The notes below the pieces were generated by a model, which was not told where the DNA came from, searched no databases, and worked only from the letters and a program-made list of their open reading frames with translations. From NCBI GenBank assembly GCA_905178155.1, contig CAJINV010000013.1, positions 1,616,281 through 1,680,280 of the forward strand: DNA of 64,000 nt, given 5' to 3'. Shown piece after piece: positions 11,253 to 23,800 of this stretch. The stretch is from Amoebophrya sp. A120 (Eukaryota > Protista > Dinoflagellata). The translations under genes and the position numbers were made by a program. The number at the start of each line of letters is the position of its first letter. The stretch's first letter is position 1.

Positions 11253-13025
11253 TTTTTTTCCAGTCTTTCTCTTTCGGTTTTTCCTCCCAGGAAGCCGTCC
11301 GTACTCGCACACAACGCGTAGTTTCGATAGCCACTGTAACCAAACGAAAGCGGACAAACAAGGAATGAAATGCCACTTGCTTCTTTGTACAGCGATATTG
11401 AGCTACACTTAGTAGAAAGACCCGCCTCAAGGCATCAGACGTTTGTTATTCCGGCGGAAGAGCCCCGGCTCAGTTGTTGTTCCGCACTGTAGTTGGTACC
11501 ACTTTCCATTTCCAAACACGTTGCGAGGCCGCAACTCTTGTGGTCGCTGCCGCAGCTCCATGATTCGCAATAAAGAACGTCCTCCTCCTTATCTTCACGT
11601 GGGGACATTTGTGGGGTCTGGACGCGGGCGGCGGTTAGAAACTGCGACATCATCTTACGCGGGGGTGGGAGTAAACGAAATTTAGAAAAACTAATACTCG
11701 GCAATGCGACGTGTAGAGCGAGGAAAATTTTTGTCGTCCGCACGATGAAGATAAAAATAAATGATGTGACTGAAAATGCGTGGAAAAGCAAAATAAACTT
11801 TCGTCCTCGAATAGAGTGGCTTTCGTACTACTTTTACCTTACTTCTTAGAGCCTAAACTTGAACAATCCTAAGCTGAAAATGAAAAGGATGAACATGAAA
11901 ATAACGAAGACAATGAGTGCGATCTCCCACAGAGTATAGGAACGGAGAACGTTGACCATTCTTCATTCTTCGTTCTCCTTGCTTTGGATACAGAAAGTTG
12001 CGGACCACCTCCACTAAAGGCCACTTACATCTCTTCCACCAACTCTGCCCCACAGGGGCCGAATTCAATCGGTAGATGCAGAAGACACAGACTTACAGCT
12101 GCGGTCATCATAATTCTAATTCATGAGAGAGAATACCTGCTACGCGGTGAAAACTTACTATGGCCTCGGTCACAGAATCATCGCTCGTTTAACAAAGATA
12201 ACAGTACCAGTAGAAGCAAAAGCCGAACTGTAGAATCACACTATACCAAAAATAGAAACGACAACAAACGTACTGTACGTTCGTGAGTTGTAGTCGGGTC
12301 TTGACTACTAGGGGTCCTGCAGACAGTGTTCGAGTTTGAAGTAAATCTTGAGGCAGAGCATGGCGCACGACGACCACGCGCACAGCTACTGTTTGACAAA
12401 ATAGATTTTTTCCCTCTCTGTGTCCTCAGCAAGAGGAATCGGCATCGGTACTACCAGTACCACCACCACGACCTCCACGTGATACAAAAATAAAACTCTT
12501 CTAGCTAGAAGTGCGAGTGCAGTGGTGCAGTGCAGCGCGCCAAGGAACACGAGAGTTATCGAGAGAAAGTCATGGAATGAAGCCCGGCCGAAGCACCGAG
12601 TCTAGGCAGAGGGACAGTGATCTACTTTTGTTTCCTCAGAGTGTTCATGTTCATTCCGCTTTTGCATTTGCGCACTAAAAAGGCACCGGCACGAACAATT
12701 TCATCGACCTTTTTAATTTTATTCCACATTCGAGGGTTCGTGCGCAATAAAAACCAAAAAGTTCTTCTGCTCTTCAGCGCGGCAAGAACGAGTGTTACTT
12801 CTTGGCATACCAAGCAAACGAAAAACTTACTTTACTGATATCGATATGAAATTCATCATACAGAAGAGTTTTGCATGCTCGCTATCATCAAAACCATGAA
12901 TAATCGCACATGGCAAGCGAACGCATGCCACATGTCGACATAAGGCCCCTCCAATCTTCCAACGAGCTGCCTGCTACTTTGACGCCTTCACTGAGTATCT
13001 TACCCAACAACTACCGCGCTAAAAA

Positions 13026-16000
13026 TCAGTCAGTAATTTCCAAGCTAAATGTCGCCCAGGCAAACGCAATGTTTCCGATCGCCAGAGGGGTTAGCGGAGC
13101 GTTTCTTCCGAGAAAACAAGACAGCCATCTCTTCCGATAAGAAGCTTGCGGCACTAAATTCAGCAGCGCGAGGCTGTAGACGGATAGGGAAAGTGCTTGT
13201 TCCGATAAGAACTTTGTACGACATATTAATATGCCACCGTCGCTCTGTTCTTGGTTGTGCAGACCTCTGCCGGTTCCTGACAAAGAATGAACCGATGTAG
13301 CCCGCCGATACTGCACGAGCCCTTGACGAGCTTCTTCTTCTTCGTCGTCGAGACTGAGGACATTATTCTCAATCCCCCGCTGTAAAAAGTCCGCTAGCTC
13401 TGCGGGGAACATCAAAGCTCCTGCATTTGGGTCCTCGTCGACAGCAGCAGCAGCAGCAGTGCCGTTGTCTATTCCGTTCCCCATGTCGTTTTCCACCCCC
13501 TCAGAAGAACAAAACGATGCTGTGACTTCCGTACTTCTGCTTTCTCGAAAAAATGGTCCCGACGTCGTCCTCTCCCCGTGGTGCTGCCCACTTGCATGAT
13601 CCTTCTCGGCGCTGCCACACGCCAACCCTAACCCATACAGACTAGTCACCCAGCCCTGGGTGGTGAAGTCTGTCTCGACCCGCCGCGCCGCTGAGAGCCA
13701 ACTCGCGAAAAAATTTTTCGAAGAGAGCGAACAAGAAGAGGAGCTGCTACCACTTCTGGCAGAGATTAAACCACTGACGTCATCTTTCTCCTTGCCGTCC
13801 AGGTCCAGCAGCGTAGTTTCAGGATCTGTAGTACCCTCGATTTCCTCTGCGGCCTCTTGAGCTGCAGTGTCACTCCTTTCTTCCATCGCTACGCAACGAG
13901 GAGCCGCACCCTCGCTGCCGACAGAAGTCCGCAGCCGTCCCAGCGAATAGAGGCACACCGATAGCTGCATGGCGTTCAGGGAGTTGATGCTACTCAAAGA
14001 CGAACGTCGGTGACTGTGCCACAACATCTCGTCATATTGTTGAAGACCGCAGCTTATTGCTACATTTGAAAACTCCTGCTCCCAAAGTCTCGCAAATTCC
14101 ACGATGCGGTAGTCCCAGAGCTTCGGCCGATGCGTTCGCCCATACGCCTCGCTCAAATTTGCCACACCGTAAATCAGATTCTGCAGCGTTTCTGGCGCGT
14201 GAAGAAAAGTTTTATTTGCTGGTGCCCTCACCATTCTGTCTTCATCCTGCTCTTGTAGTCCCGGCATTCTGGCTGCTCCTGAAGTTGTTCTATTCAAACG
14301 CTCGCGACTGCTCCGCCGTGCGAGCGTCTGATACGCCGGAAACCAGCAGTACAGGAAGAACTGCAGCCAGCGGTCCTTCAAAAGCCGTTCCCCCGTTGCT
14401 TCCTCCCCCTGCCGCTATCAAAATGAAAAATCCCCCCTCCCCATATCAAAGCGAAAATTTGCGATGCCGATTTTTGGCCACAAATCAGCTTTGTATTGCA
14501 GAGAGGCGTTGCGGCCAGATCCCCGGGCTTGGTAGGGGCGTATGGGTCTAGTTGTTCAGCATGGCAAACGGCTCCCCGTTCGGCCGAACAGCGTGACAAA
14601 TCGCTTCCATAATGGGGCGGAAGCTTCTGCCGTTGTCTTCTTGAAGGACAGATGTGATTTGTGACCTCAAATCCGCAACACAAATTTTTGGAAACATACC
14701 TTTTCAATATGGGGAGGGGGGGCTTTTCCTCTCAATAGCCGCACGATTTTGTCCAGGGAGTACGCAATCTGCGCCAGGCCTTGGGCGTCGAACGCGGAAC
14801 AAGGTTCGATATTAGTTCCACGATCCGCTTCACCGGCCCAACTATCTCCACCGTCTGAACTTGGAATCACAGCATCTGTGCAGGCCATTTTCCTCCGTGC
14901 AAGCTTCACCCAACACGACTGCAACTGCAACAGCTGCTGGGAATGCAGGTTTTTTGATGTGGTATTCACAAAAGACGGTAATATTGAAGTAGATGTTGGC
15001 GCACTCGTCCTCTGGTTCTCATCCACCGGAGTTCGTGTTTTATTACGGTCCAGATCCTTTTTTTTTCCGTCGTAATCATTCTGCCCCACACCAAAAACCC
15101 CCAGCCTTTCCCACGCAACAAGAATCAGCATCAGGTCACGGGCGGTGAAAGTACAACTGGTCGTAAGGCACGACGTGCTTGATGGAACAAAGGACGAAGA
15201 CGAACAGCTTCGTCCATGTCCAGGTCCCCTCGAGGACGCAAGTCCGATCTCTAAAAAGCAACGCTGCCAGAAGGTCCAGAAGTCCGCCTGCAACAGTGGC
15301 ACGACACCAGGGACGTGCCCGCTTGTATCGACGGAAAAGCGATCGGACGTGGTCGTCACGTGCTGGGAGTACAAGTTGTAGTTCCCGATCTTTTCGTGAT
15401 TTTCATTCGTCCCCGAACTTCCTTCATCGCTGCCGATTTTCTTATTTCTCATGAAAAAGGAATTCGTCACTGCCGGCAGCAGTTTTCCCAGGTAGTGCAG
15501 CGAATCCGCCACGTCCCGGGGGGTCTGCAGCGTGTAAGGGGACGGGGCGGAAGAAGAAGAAGAAGATCCACCACGCGCGGGGGACGAAATAGCAGCAATT
15601 TTCTTATCTGTCGCCGCGTCCACGCTTGGTAGAATTCCACCTGTTTGGCTGCAAGTCTTGAACCCATGTCTTGATGCGCCAGGAGGTGATGAAAAATTCG
15701 CAGCATTTTTCACACAGTCGCGTTGCCACTGGGTTAACAGCGAGTTTACTTTACCAAGTTTATTGCTTCTATCACGTTGGTATAATAATCCCGCAAGAAC
15801 TTCTACACCTTGTTCATCTTTTCTCTCCTGCCTGCCGGAGAAAGATGAAGTACAACTCTTACTCATCTTTACCTTTTCCTGTTTCCACCAGACAAAGAGA
15901 GACTGTAGATCCCGTACCGCGCTCGTTTTACGCTGGAGCCGGTTCGGATCTGGAGGCGGACGAAGGTAGGCATCGCTCGTTCCGACAGCTGCTGACGCAG

Positions 16001-16073
16001 CCTGATGTGGTCCTCTACTTCCAGCCGGCTGTACGGCTCGACGCGCAAGAGGCACCAAGAGCGGATTGCTCAT
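13026..16073 (-). CDS. Helical-repeat (HPR/OPR/FAST-like) putative organellar RNA-binding protein, 2 exons
   Basis: Repeats of the type F-x-x-Q-G-L-A-Q-I-A-Y-S-L-x-K, LNAMQLSVCLYSLGRL, FTTQGWVTSLYGLG, LSEQALSLSVYSLALL. ORFs 14667-16124 and 13026-14381 join across the introner. Confidence 0.65.
14416..14737. mobile_element. Introner family A, TSD GCCGC/GCCGC
   Basis: Highly similar to 6008-6332. Removal gives LDKIVR|QGEEATGERLLKDRWLQ in frame. Confidence 0.92.
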
Positions 16074-17140
16074 CGTTTTTACGGAAAATTTTCTGCTGCT
16101 TCCTGTTCCTTCAAGAATTCTCAAGCGTCTTCGTCTGTACTTAACTTTACGACCTGCATGGAGTTGGAGTCTTCTTCTAGTTCTAACCCTAGTAGCTCTC
16201 TTTTTATCATATCGATTTGCGAGATTCCTCTTTCCGTGGCTTCACTTCTTGAATCGGACATCCGATACAATCAATTACGCGCATGCGCAAAAAACTCGTG
16301 CGTGATGACAGCACATCTCTTTTGCCATAGCAAGTTGGACGGAGGATCCTCGCACAAGTACCAGTGTCGTTCGATTTATCACCAAAGAGGCACACAAAAA
16401 AAGTCGGATCCGATCAAGTGCACCTCGGGGACGAGTAACTTTCATTCTGCTATCTGCACAAGCTGTCAACAAGTAGAACCGTGATACTGAAACCGGTCGT
16501 ATTGGTTTTCGTCGTTGATCCTTCCTGACGAAGAGAACTAATGAACCGCAGGACGGGAATACGAGTGCGAGAAGAGACCTACGCAGGACGGCGATCCGTC
16601 GGGACAGAAATGAAAGTATACAAATGAACCGACTGCACCGTCGCATCTGCCTGAACAGTGGTACCGTTCAAAATCGGAGCGCTGCTGTTCGGCAGTTCTA
16701 CTTGGCAAGCAACAAACATCTGCTCCTCCAGTAGAACTACGACACCGCCTCAAATACCTTCAAGTAAATTCATCTCCTCGTTGCGTGTATTTTTAGGAAG
16801 GGATAATTTGATTTCGAAGAGGATGTAAAATGTCGGACTGCTATGGGGGATGATGTTGATGATGGGAATCATGATGAAACAAACTAAACTGTAATAAGTA
16901 TTGTACGGGTTGTACATACTGTTGTATGGGAATCATGAAAAAAAGCAAAATTTGGGTTCGGGTTGTACAACTGAACTTGCTGAAATTCATCTTGGGGAAA
17001 GATGCATTTATCGTTTTCGTCGGGATGGCGAACTTTTTTTGTGACATGGGGTACTTGATTTTTACGTTGGTTGTTCTAAAGAAACGTCTACGGCTGAATG
17101 AAAAAAAATGAGTACATGCGTTAGAATTGAAAACGAAATG

Positions 17141-17300
17141 GAAAGTTGTGTCAGAACTCGAATTAGAAACGAAAGTTGTGTTAAAACTAGAATTTTTAGA
17201 AACGAACCGCGAACGGAAAGCTATGTTAGAATTAGAAACGAAACAGAAAAAGTTACGATTAGAATACGAACCGGTGCTTAGAATATATTGGAAACGAAAT
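17141..17300. repeat. Degenerate short tandem array (TTAGAATTAGAAACGAA-like)
   Basis: Repeated TTAGAA/AAACGAA units. Shares GTTACGATTAGAAT with 41300-41480. Confidence 0.55.
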
Positions 17301-17829
17301 ACAATGTAGTGCAAGCTTCTTAGACAAAACATCATTTGTCAGGCGAGCTTGAAATGCTGCCCTCGTCCTGTCTTTGGTCTCCTGAATGTTAATTGTCTGC
17401 GCTGGATTGCATTGAGAGCCAGGCATCTCGAGCGACGCAACACCACCCGTTTTAGCAGTGAAGGGAAGCTCAATTGAGGTCCACCAGGCGCTACCACCCT
17501 CACGCCTAGTGTTCAAAAGATGCAGTCCTAAGAGCTGAAGAGCATCTCTAACCCCCGACAAACCAGCCACAGAACCCGTCGCCTCTTGGGCTCCGTGGAA
17601 GTCGAACAGGAAAACAAGACCCCAAGCTCGAAAGGCCCAGCGGCTTGCTTCTTGCGAATGCAGTAAAGCGCACCGGAAACGAGAACTCCACCGGAAACGA
17701 GTAAAGTGCACCGGAAACGAAATACAAAAAAAATATTCAGAATTTGGAACGGAAAGAATTTAAAAATTAAAAACGACTGCAATACCGACTCACGAAAGAA
17801 GCGAGTTTCTCAATTTTTTCGAGCTACTA

Positions 17830-20800
17830 CTATAACTTGGATCTCTTTCTTCCCACTGCTGGTTTCTTCATCCTTGCAGAGGCCCTATTATCCGCTGCAA
17901 AAACCTCCCCAGCCCCCAGTCACGCTGCGCCTTCTTCCAGGCAAAGGATCCACGAGCTTCGCAATGATAAACTTGGACACGCAGCGCGGTCGTCCTTAAG
18001 TAGCGATAGCTGTTATGACGATGGCAACATCGACGATAAAGATCTTGCTTCTCATACTGATAGATTACGCGCATGACCAAAGGCAAAGACCACTCTAAAA
18101 AAGATACACACTTCATGAGAACGACCCGCATGAGTCAACCACTGGTCCTCTTGCTCCACATGCTAAATCATGAGCACCCGGAAGATGGCTCTGGTATGGG
18201 GGGGGCTGTTTTTGCTCAGGATATCTAGAGCTCTGTCTGCTGCTCACCCTCGAACTCATCGAGGAGTTGGTCGGCTTTTTCTTTAGCCTCTTCTTGGCCT
18301 TTGACTTGCCGCCCGACGAGTTCATCGCAGCGGAAGGCCGCCCGATCTGGGACCCAATTTTCGAGCCGACTTTCGAGCCAACTTTCGAGCCGACTTTTGA
18401 GCCGACTTTCGAGCTGGCTCTTGAGCTGACTCTTGAGCTGACTTTAGCGCCAGAGCCAGTTGCTTCGCTGAAAGATGCCGCATATCCAGCGTAAATTAGT
18501 ACAACCCCTCCAGTATAATTTCCACCGAAATTATTTATCACGTGAAATTTACGCGACTCTTGCAGTGGAGTGCACATGTAAGTAGCGAGCAGGGCAGCTC
18601 CCAAAGATTCTTCTGTCACACTGCTTTTTGACTTCGTGGCAGCTGGAGCTGCTTCATGAAATAGCAATTGATTCGTCCTGTGTTTCGGTACAAAATGAAA
18701 TTCTCAACCGACTAGATGAAATTTGTCTGTGCGAAAGCACGTAGGCAAATTTGATGTTCATGCGCGATGACAATCTTCACAACACTGCAAGCCCTCGTAC
18801 TTAAATCCTTTTTCAAAACAGATCATCCATCTCGGTGGTGGAGGGGTTTACTGATTTGTGTACGCCGGATATCGAGGGCCGCGGGACCTGACTGCTGCTC
18901 CGTGCTTTCTTGGACTTGGCAGACTTGACGCCACTCTTCAAGGCCCGCACTGTCCCGGATACGGATCTTGCGCGCTTCACAACAGACGCAGCTCTCGTTT
19001 TCGACCGCCTAGAACTCGGGGTCTGTTCGCTTTCCCCGGGCAAAATGTCAAAATTCAAGGCGGGGATCACCGACGGCCGCTTCGGGGTCTCACCGCCCTT
19101 GGAACTGTTCGCCTCGTTGGTTATGCTTTTATTCGCGGAAGAAGATGCGCTCTTCTTTGTTTTTGCCTTCTTTGACGCAGAGGACTTGGTGTCGTCCTTC
19201 TCCTTGTCGTCAGGCTTATTCGCCATGATGGAATACGCCTGGTCTAACGCGGACACCCGGCGGGTTGGCGGTGGCGGGGCAGCGGCTTCCTCCTGCTGGC
19301 TACTCCTCATGTCCCCTTGTGTCGACGTCGCGTCGGCTCCGCCCGTCGCCGTGGCGTCGCCGCTCCCTAAGTCGGCGAGGGTCTTGTCGGCGAATGAGCC
19401 CGTTCCTGCGTGACCGAGGATCTTGTCGCCCCGCGTACCAGCGTCTTTGTTCCCCTGGCTCCCCAACTTATTATGTGACTCGCCATGCTTGTCCTTTTTG
19501 TCCTTTTTTGAGGATTTGTTCGGGTCTTTCTGTCTAATATCTCCTGGTTTCGCAGTTGTGGCCTCCGGAGCTTCGCTCTGCAGGTCCGAAACAGGAGCGC
19601 CGGCCGAGAAGGACGAGCCCCGCCCCTGCACGCTGTCTCCCCCCTGCTCTGTGATAGCGGAAGCAAAGGATCCAATCACCCCCGCGCTGCCCTATCCTGA
19701 CGAAAAATATCCCCACCCACCGCGTAGTCACGTTTAGCTAGTTTCGCCGCATCACAACAAATCGATCAACTTATAATCATCACAAAATCAAAAACATCAT
19801 CGGAACTTGCTTCTCATGAAGCTGCTCCTGCGCATGAGAAACATTTTCGGTATCATGGGTATGCAGGTAATTTGCATAGACACATTACATGCGGTCGTGG
19901 GGACGTTTTTACCCAAGATATGCCCTCCTGGTTCGTCTTTGCAGCAACCTCATCGTCGGAAGAAGCGGACGATTTTTTCTTTTTCATCTTCTTGCTCGTG
20001 GTTTTACTGGCGTCGGCTCCATCTCCACCTGGGCTATCCGAGCCCCGATCGTCGTCGTCGTCGTCTTTGTCTTTGCGCTTGCCCGAATTATCCTGCTTGT
20101 CTGTTATCACATAGAAAACTCAAAGTACACCGCCCACAAAAGTAAGTGCCATAGCCGACGAGAATATATGCTTTGCAGCTCATGATGAACCTCCAGACTA
20201 TAACATTTTTCGCGACTTCTACTGATCCATCTCCGCAATATCGAGTACTTACAACGCAAGAGGTATCTATTGAAAATGCAGTACTACGTACTCATCTGCT
20301 TCTGAAGACGTCGAGAGCAGCAGGACTGCAACTGCGACTACACCAAAACAGCTGCTCACGTCGCCCAAAGCCTGTTGATAAAAATTACAAGGACCCCAGC
20401 GACAGGATGCTGGTGGTACAACGATCTTCATGCATGGGTGATGTACTTTATTTCCATTCCATACCGGCCGAGCCGGGTAGCTTCAGCTTCTTGTCCCTAC
20501 CACTGCGCCTTGTCTGGCTGGACGCACTGGTGGCTTTCTTCTTATCGTCGTCCTCCTCACCACCGGGTAGCATATGATGAGAAAAAACGTCCCTCCCACC
20601 AACGAACCCCGTCTTTCTGTTCGGAAATCAAATTGTATGCCTCTGTAAAGCTAGAAGAACGCTTGGCCTGACGCGCAGCTGGCATGTGAAGAATCTCGTT
20701 CGGGCGGACAAAGAAATCTGAATATTACACGAATCAGAACGAGGAATGAGGCTTTACTTAGCTGGGAGTCACTACACCAGATCCAGAACAATGAGCATGC

Positions 20801-23800
20801 ATTTCTCGTCGAGTGTATTTTTCACTGTCTTCTGCACGATTACATCAAAAGGAGCTCAACATCTTCTGTCGTGGACTTGGGACCACGTCGGGAGTGTAAG
20901 TGAATAGGTACGTTTTTCCCCAGGATATGACCAGAATAAGAACTATCAAATGTAAAAATGTCTGGGTCTGGAAGGGTTGGAACTTGTGATGCAAACTCTG
21001 GAACACACAAAAAAATTGTGTTGCATGAGCGCCAAAAGCTGTCTATTTCTTGGCACGCAAGTAGGAAGTTTCTCATGCGGGACAGGCATCATGAGGCGTG
21101 CGTAAGACCTGTGATGCTTTTGCCTGCATCAGACGCCATTTGCGTGAGCGTGATCCGAAATATGCATGACAAATCTCGCAATCTTCCAGACCCAGACACT
21201 TTTACATTTGATAAGAACACGACAGCGCCGATCATCACTACCACGCCGAGCACCACGACGAAAAAGATGACAATCATGCAGCAATTGCTGCTGCTCCCTT
21301 CATCTTCTCCCTCCTCCTCCTCCCCTGTACTCGGTTCCCGCCCTGTCTCGGCGTCCTCGTCCGGTGCGGACTCCTATCCAGGTAGAAAGCGCCCCTTTTC
21401 TATAGTAACCCAGAATTATCATAGAAATGTTTTAGTAACCCAGAACTATCAAGAAATTTTTTTGCGATTTGCAGAAACGATGTTCTTCCTTGCATGTAGT
21501 GTAGCAGCTTTTCCCGCGGCCAGAATAGCGGCAATCTGTGTGGTTGTGTAGGCGGCACGAGCACGGAGCACGGAGCACCAGCACTGGCGGGAGCTGCGCT
21601 TTTCATTATTTATGAAGATCGCGCCCGGAGGGCGATATTGGTAACCAAATGCGTGCGCGAAAATCTAACCAGCGCGAAAGCCAAACCAGCCGCGCGGCTG
21701 CCACCACCATTTTTTTTAATTAGAATCCCACTTCTTCTTCTTCCTTGGGTCGCGGGCCGCAGTTGTGCTCGCGGCCCTTGGGCCGCGGGGAAGTGGTGGA
21801 GCCCGCGGCGGCCCGCAGGCTCCTGCGATAAGCTTTGAAGGCGAAATCCGGTCTGCTATTTCGCAGCGGGGCATCCTTTCTAGCCCCCTCCATGACAAAC
21901 TGGCCTCCTGGCCAAGAAGGTATGTGGCCGGGGGGGGGCAAGCCCCCCCCGGACGCCCCCCATCCACCTTCGCCGCGGGGCATCCTTTCTAGCCCCCTGC
22001 ATGACAAACTGGCCTCCTGGCCAAGAAGGTATGTGGCCATCCACCTTCGCAGCGGGGCATCCTTTCTAGCCCCCTGCATGACAAACTCGCCTCCTGGCCA
22101 AGAAGGTATGCGGAAAGCCGAATCCCCGCGGACCCTTCCGGGCCACCAAAATCGGCCATTTCAGACGCGGCGGAGGTGCAGGATTTGTGCCCACAAACCA
22201 GGGCAAATGGGGATTTTGTGACATCCCTCCGCCCGCTTCTAGTGCGTTTTTTTTTTCACAATCCCGACGGTATGGCGCGACCACGCGCCCGCCGGACCGC
22301 CCTTGGCGGCCAGTTTGTAAGCCTGCCGAGGGTTCTCGATTTTTTTTCGTTTTCGCTTTTTTTTCTGGTTTTTAGTCGGCCGAAGGGCTCTGCACATTTT
22401 CACCGCCCCCACCTGCCTGGCAGTTTTGAAGCCTGCGGAGGGATTTCGCTTTTGCGCAATTTTTCATCTTTTTTCATTTTCCAAGTGGCCCGGGGGATCT
22501 GCACAAAATCCGACGATTGCTTCCGCCCACGGTATGAAGCAAATTTTTGCCATTTTTTTCCAACTTTTTCCAGTTACGAAGCGGCCCAAGGCTTCCGAAC
22601 AGGTCGCGGGCCTGCTTCTCCAACGCAGCTGCCCAGCGGGCGGAGCAAAAAACAGTCCGTCTCCTTTTCAGATATCAAGTGGGCCAAACCGCAAAAATGC
22701 TCTTTTTTCACCTTCTCCCGCTTGGTTTCTGCCTTTTTTACGACATTTTTGCCCTCCTGGCCATTTCCCCATCTGGTCCGCTTTTTTTCCCTTCTCCCGC
22801 TTCATTTCTGGTCATTTCCCTGACCTTCACGCCTCCCGGCGGTTGCCCTATATGGTAACGGCAACTGCCTTCGCGCTGCGTTTGCTAAGCAATATCGCAA
22901 GCGCACAGAGCGCGCGCGCCGGCTTCGTGGGCCGGCGCGCGCTCTGCGCGCGCGCGCACGCATTTGGTTACCAGATCATGCGATGTCAGTCATGTTGGAG
23001 CTCCTGCAAAACTACCTTCAATATCGTGTGAAAAAACAGAACGAGTCGCTTTTTTTTCCATGCAAAAGTTCCCATGTTCAGCTGGAAGTGGAACCTCTAT
23101 CTCCACGTTTGCGATCAATACAACATCAAACTCTACTTCTCGTTAATAAAATTTCTGGGACATCAAAGGGGCAGCTCCTGCTCTTTTCGTTTTGGTAACC
23201 CATCTTGGTTCCCACCTTCCTCAGGTCCCGTACTGGCGGCGACGCAACCCGTCATCTGCAGTTCATCACCATCGTGGAGACAGGAAAACCTGGGAGTACC
23301 GGAAAATCCGGTTTTGCATGCGAGGGTGACTCCGTTCTGCGCCGGCACCGTCTCGCCAAGAACGCCAGTAGGCCGGAAGCGCTCCTCCTGGAGTACCGAA
23401 GCCCAGTCCACGGCGCTCACCTGTGACGCGTTTACCCGCGCGCGCCACGCCGCCTCTGCCGCGGGAGTCGCGCAGGGCTCGATCAGCGGCCCGTGTGACG
23501 ATTCTATCCTGTGTAAAAACGTTCCCAAGCCAAAGTTGTCATGCTAAACAAAGATGTCATGCAGATCAGCATCTTCTACATGCAGGAACAAGAATATTGT
23601 GGTTGTGCGAGTGCGGGAATCCCCAATAATCAAAGAGGCGCTGTCGCTTGTTTTTCGGTCGAAACTTGTCATGCGTGACTCCCAGCAAAACTTCGGGATT
23701 TGTGTTATGCACGACAGTAGTAGTTCCCAACCTGACTATGGGGTCGTTTTTACATGCGATATAATCTTCCTCCTCCGGAGATGCTTCCTGGTCGCAGCCC

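Noticed and set aside
21716-23031. ORFs within the nested TIR element as a transposase
   Set aside because: Short, repeat-derived or Phe-rich translations with no DDE-like motifs.
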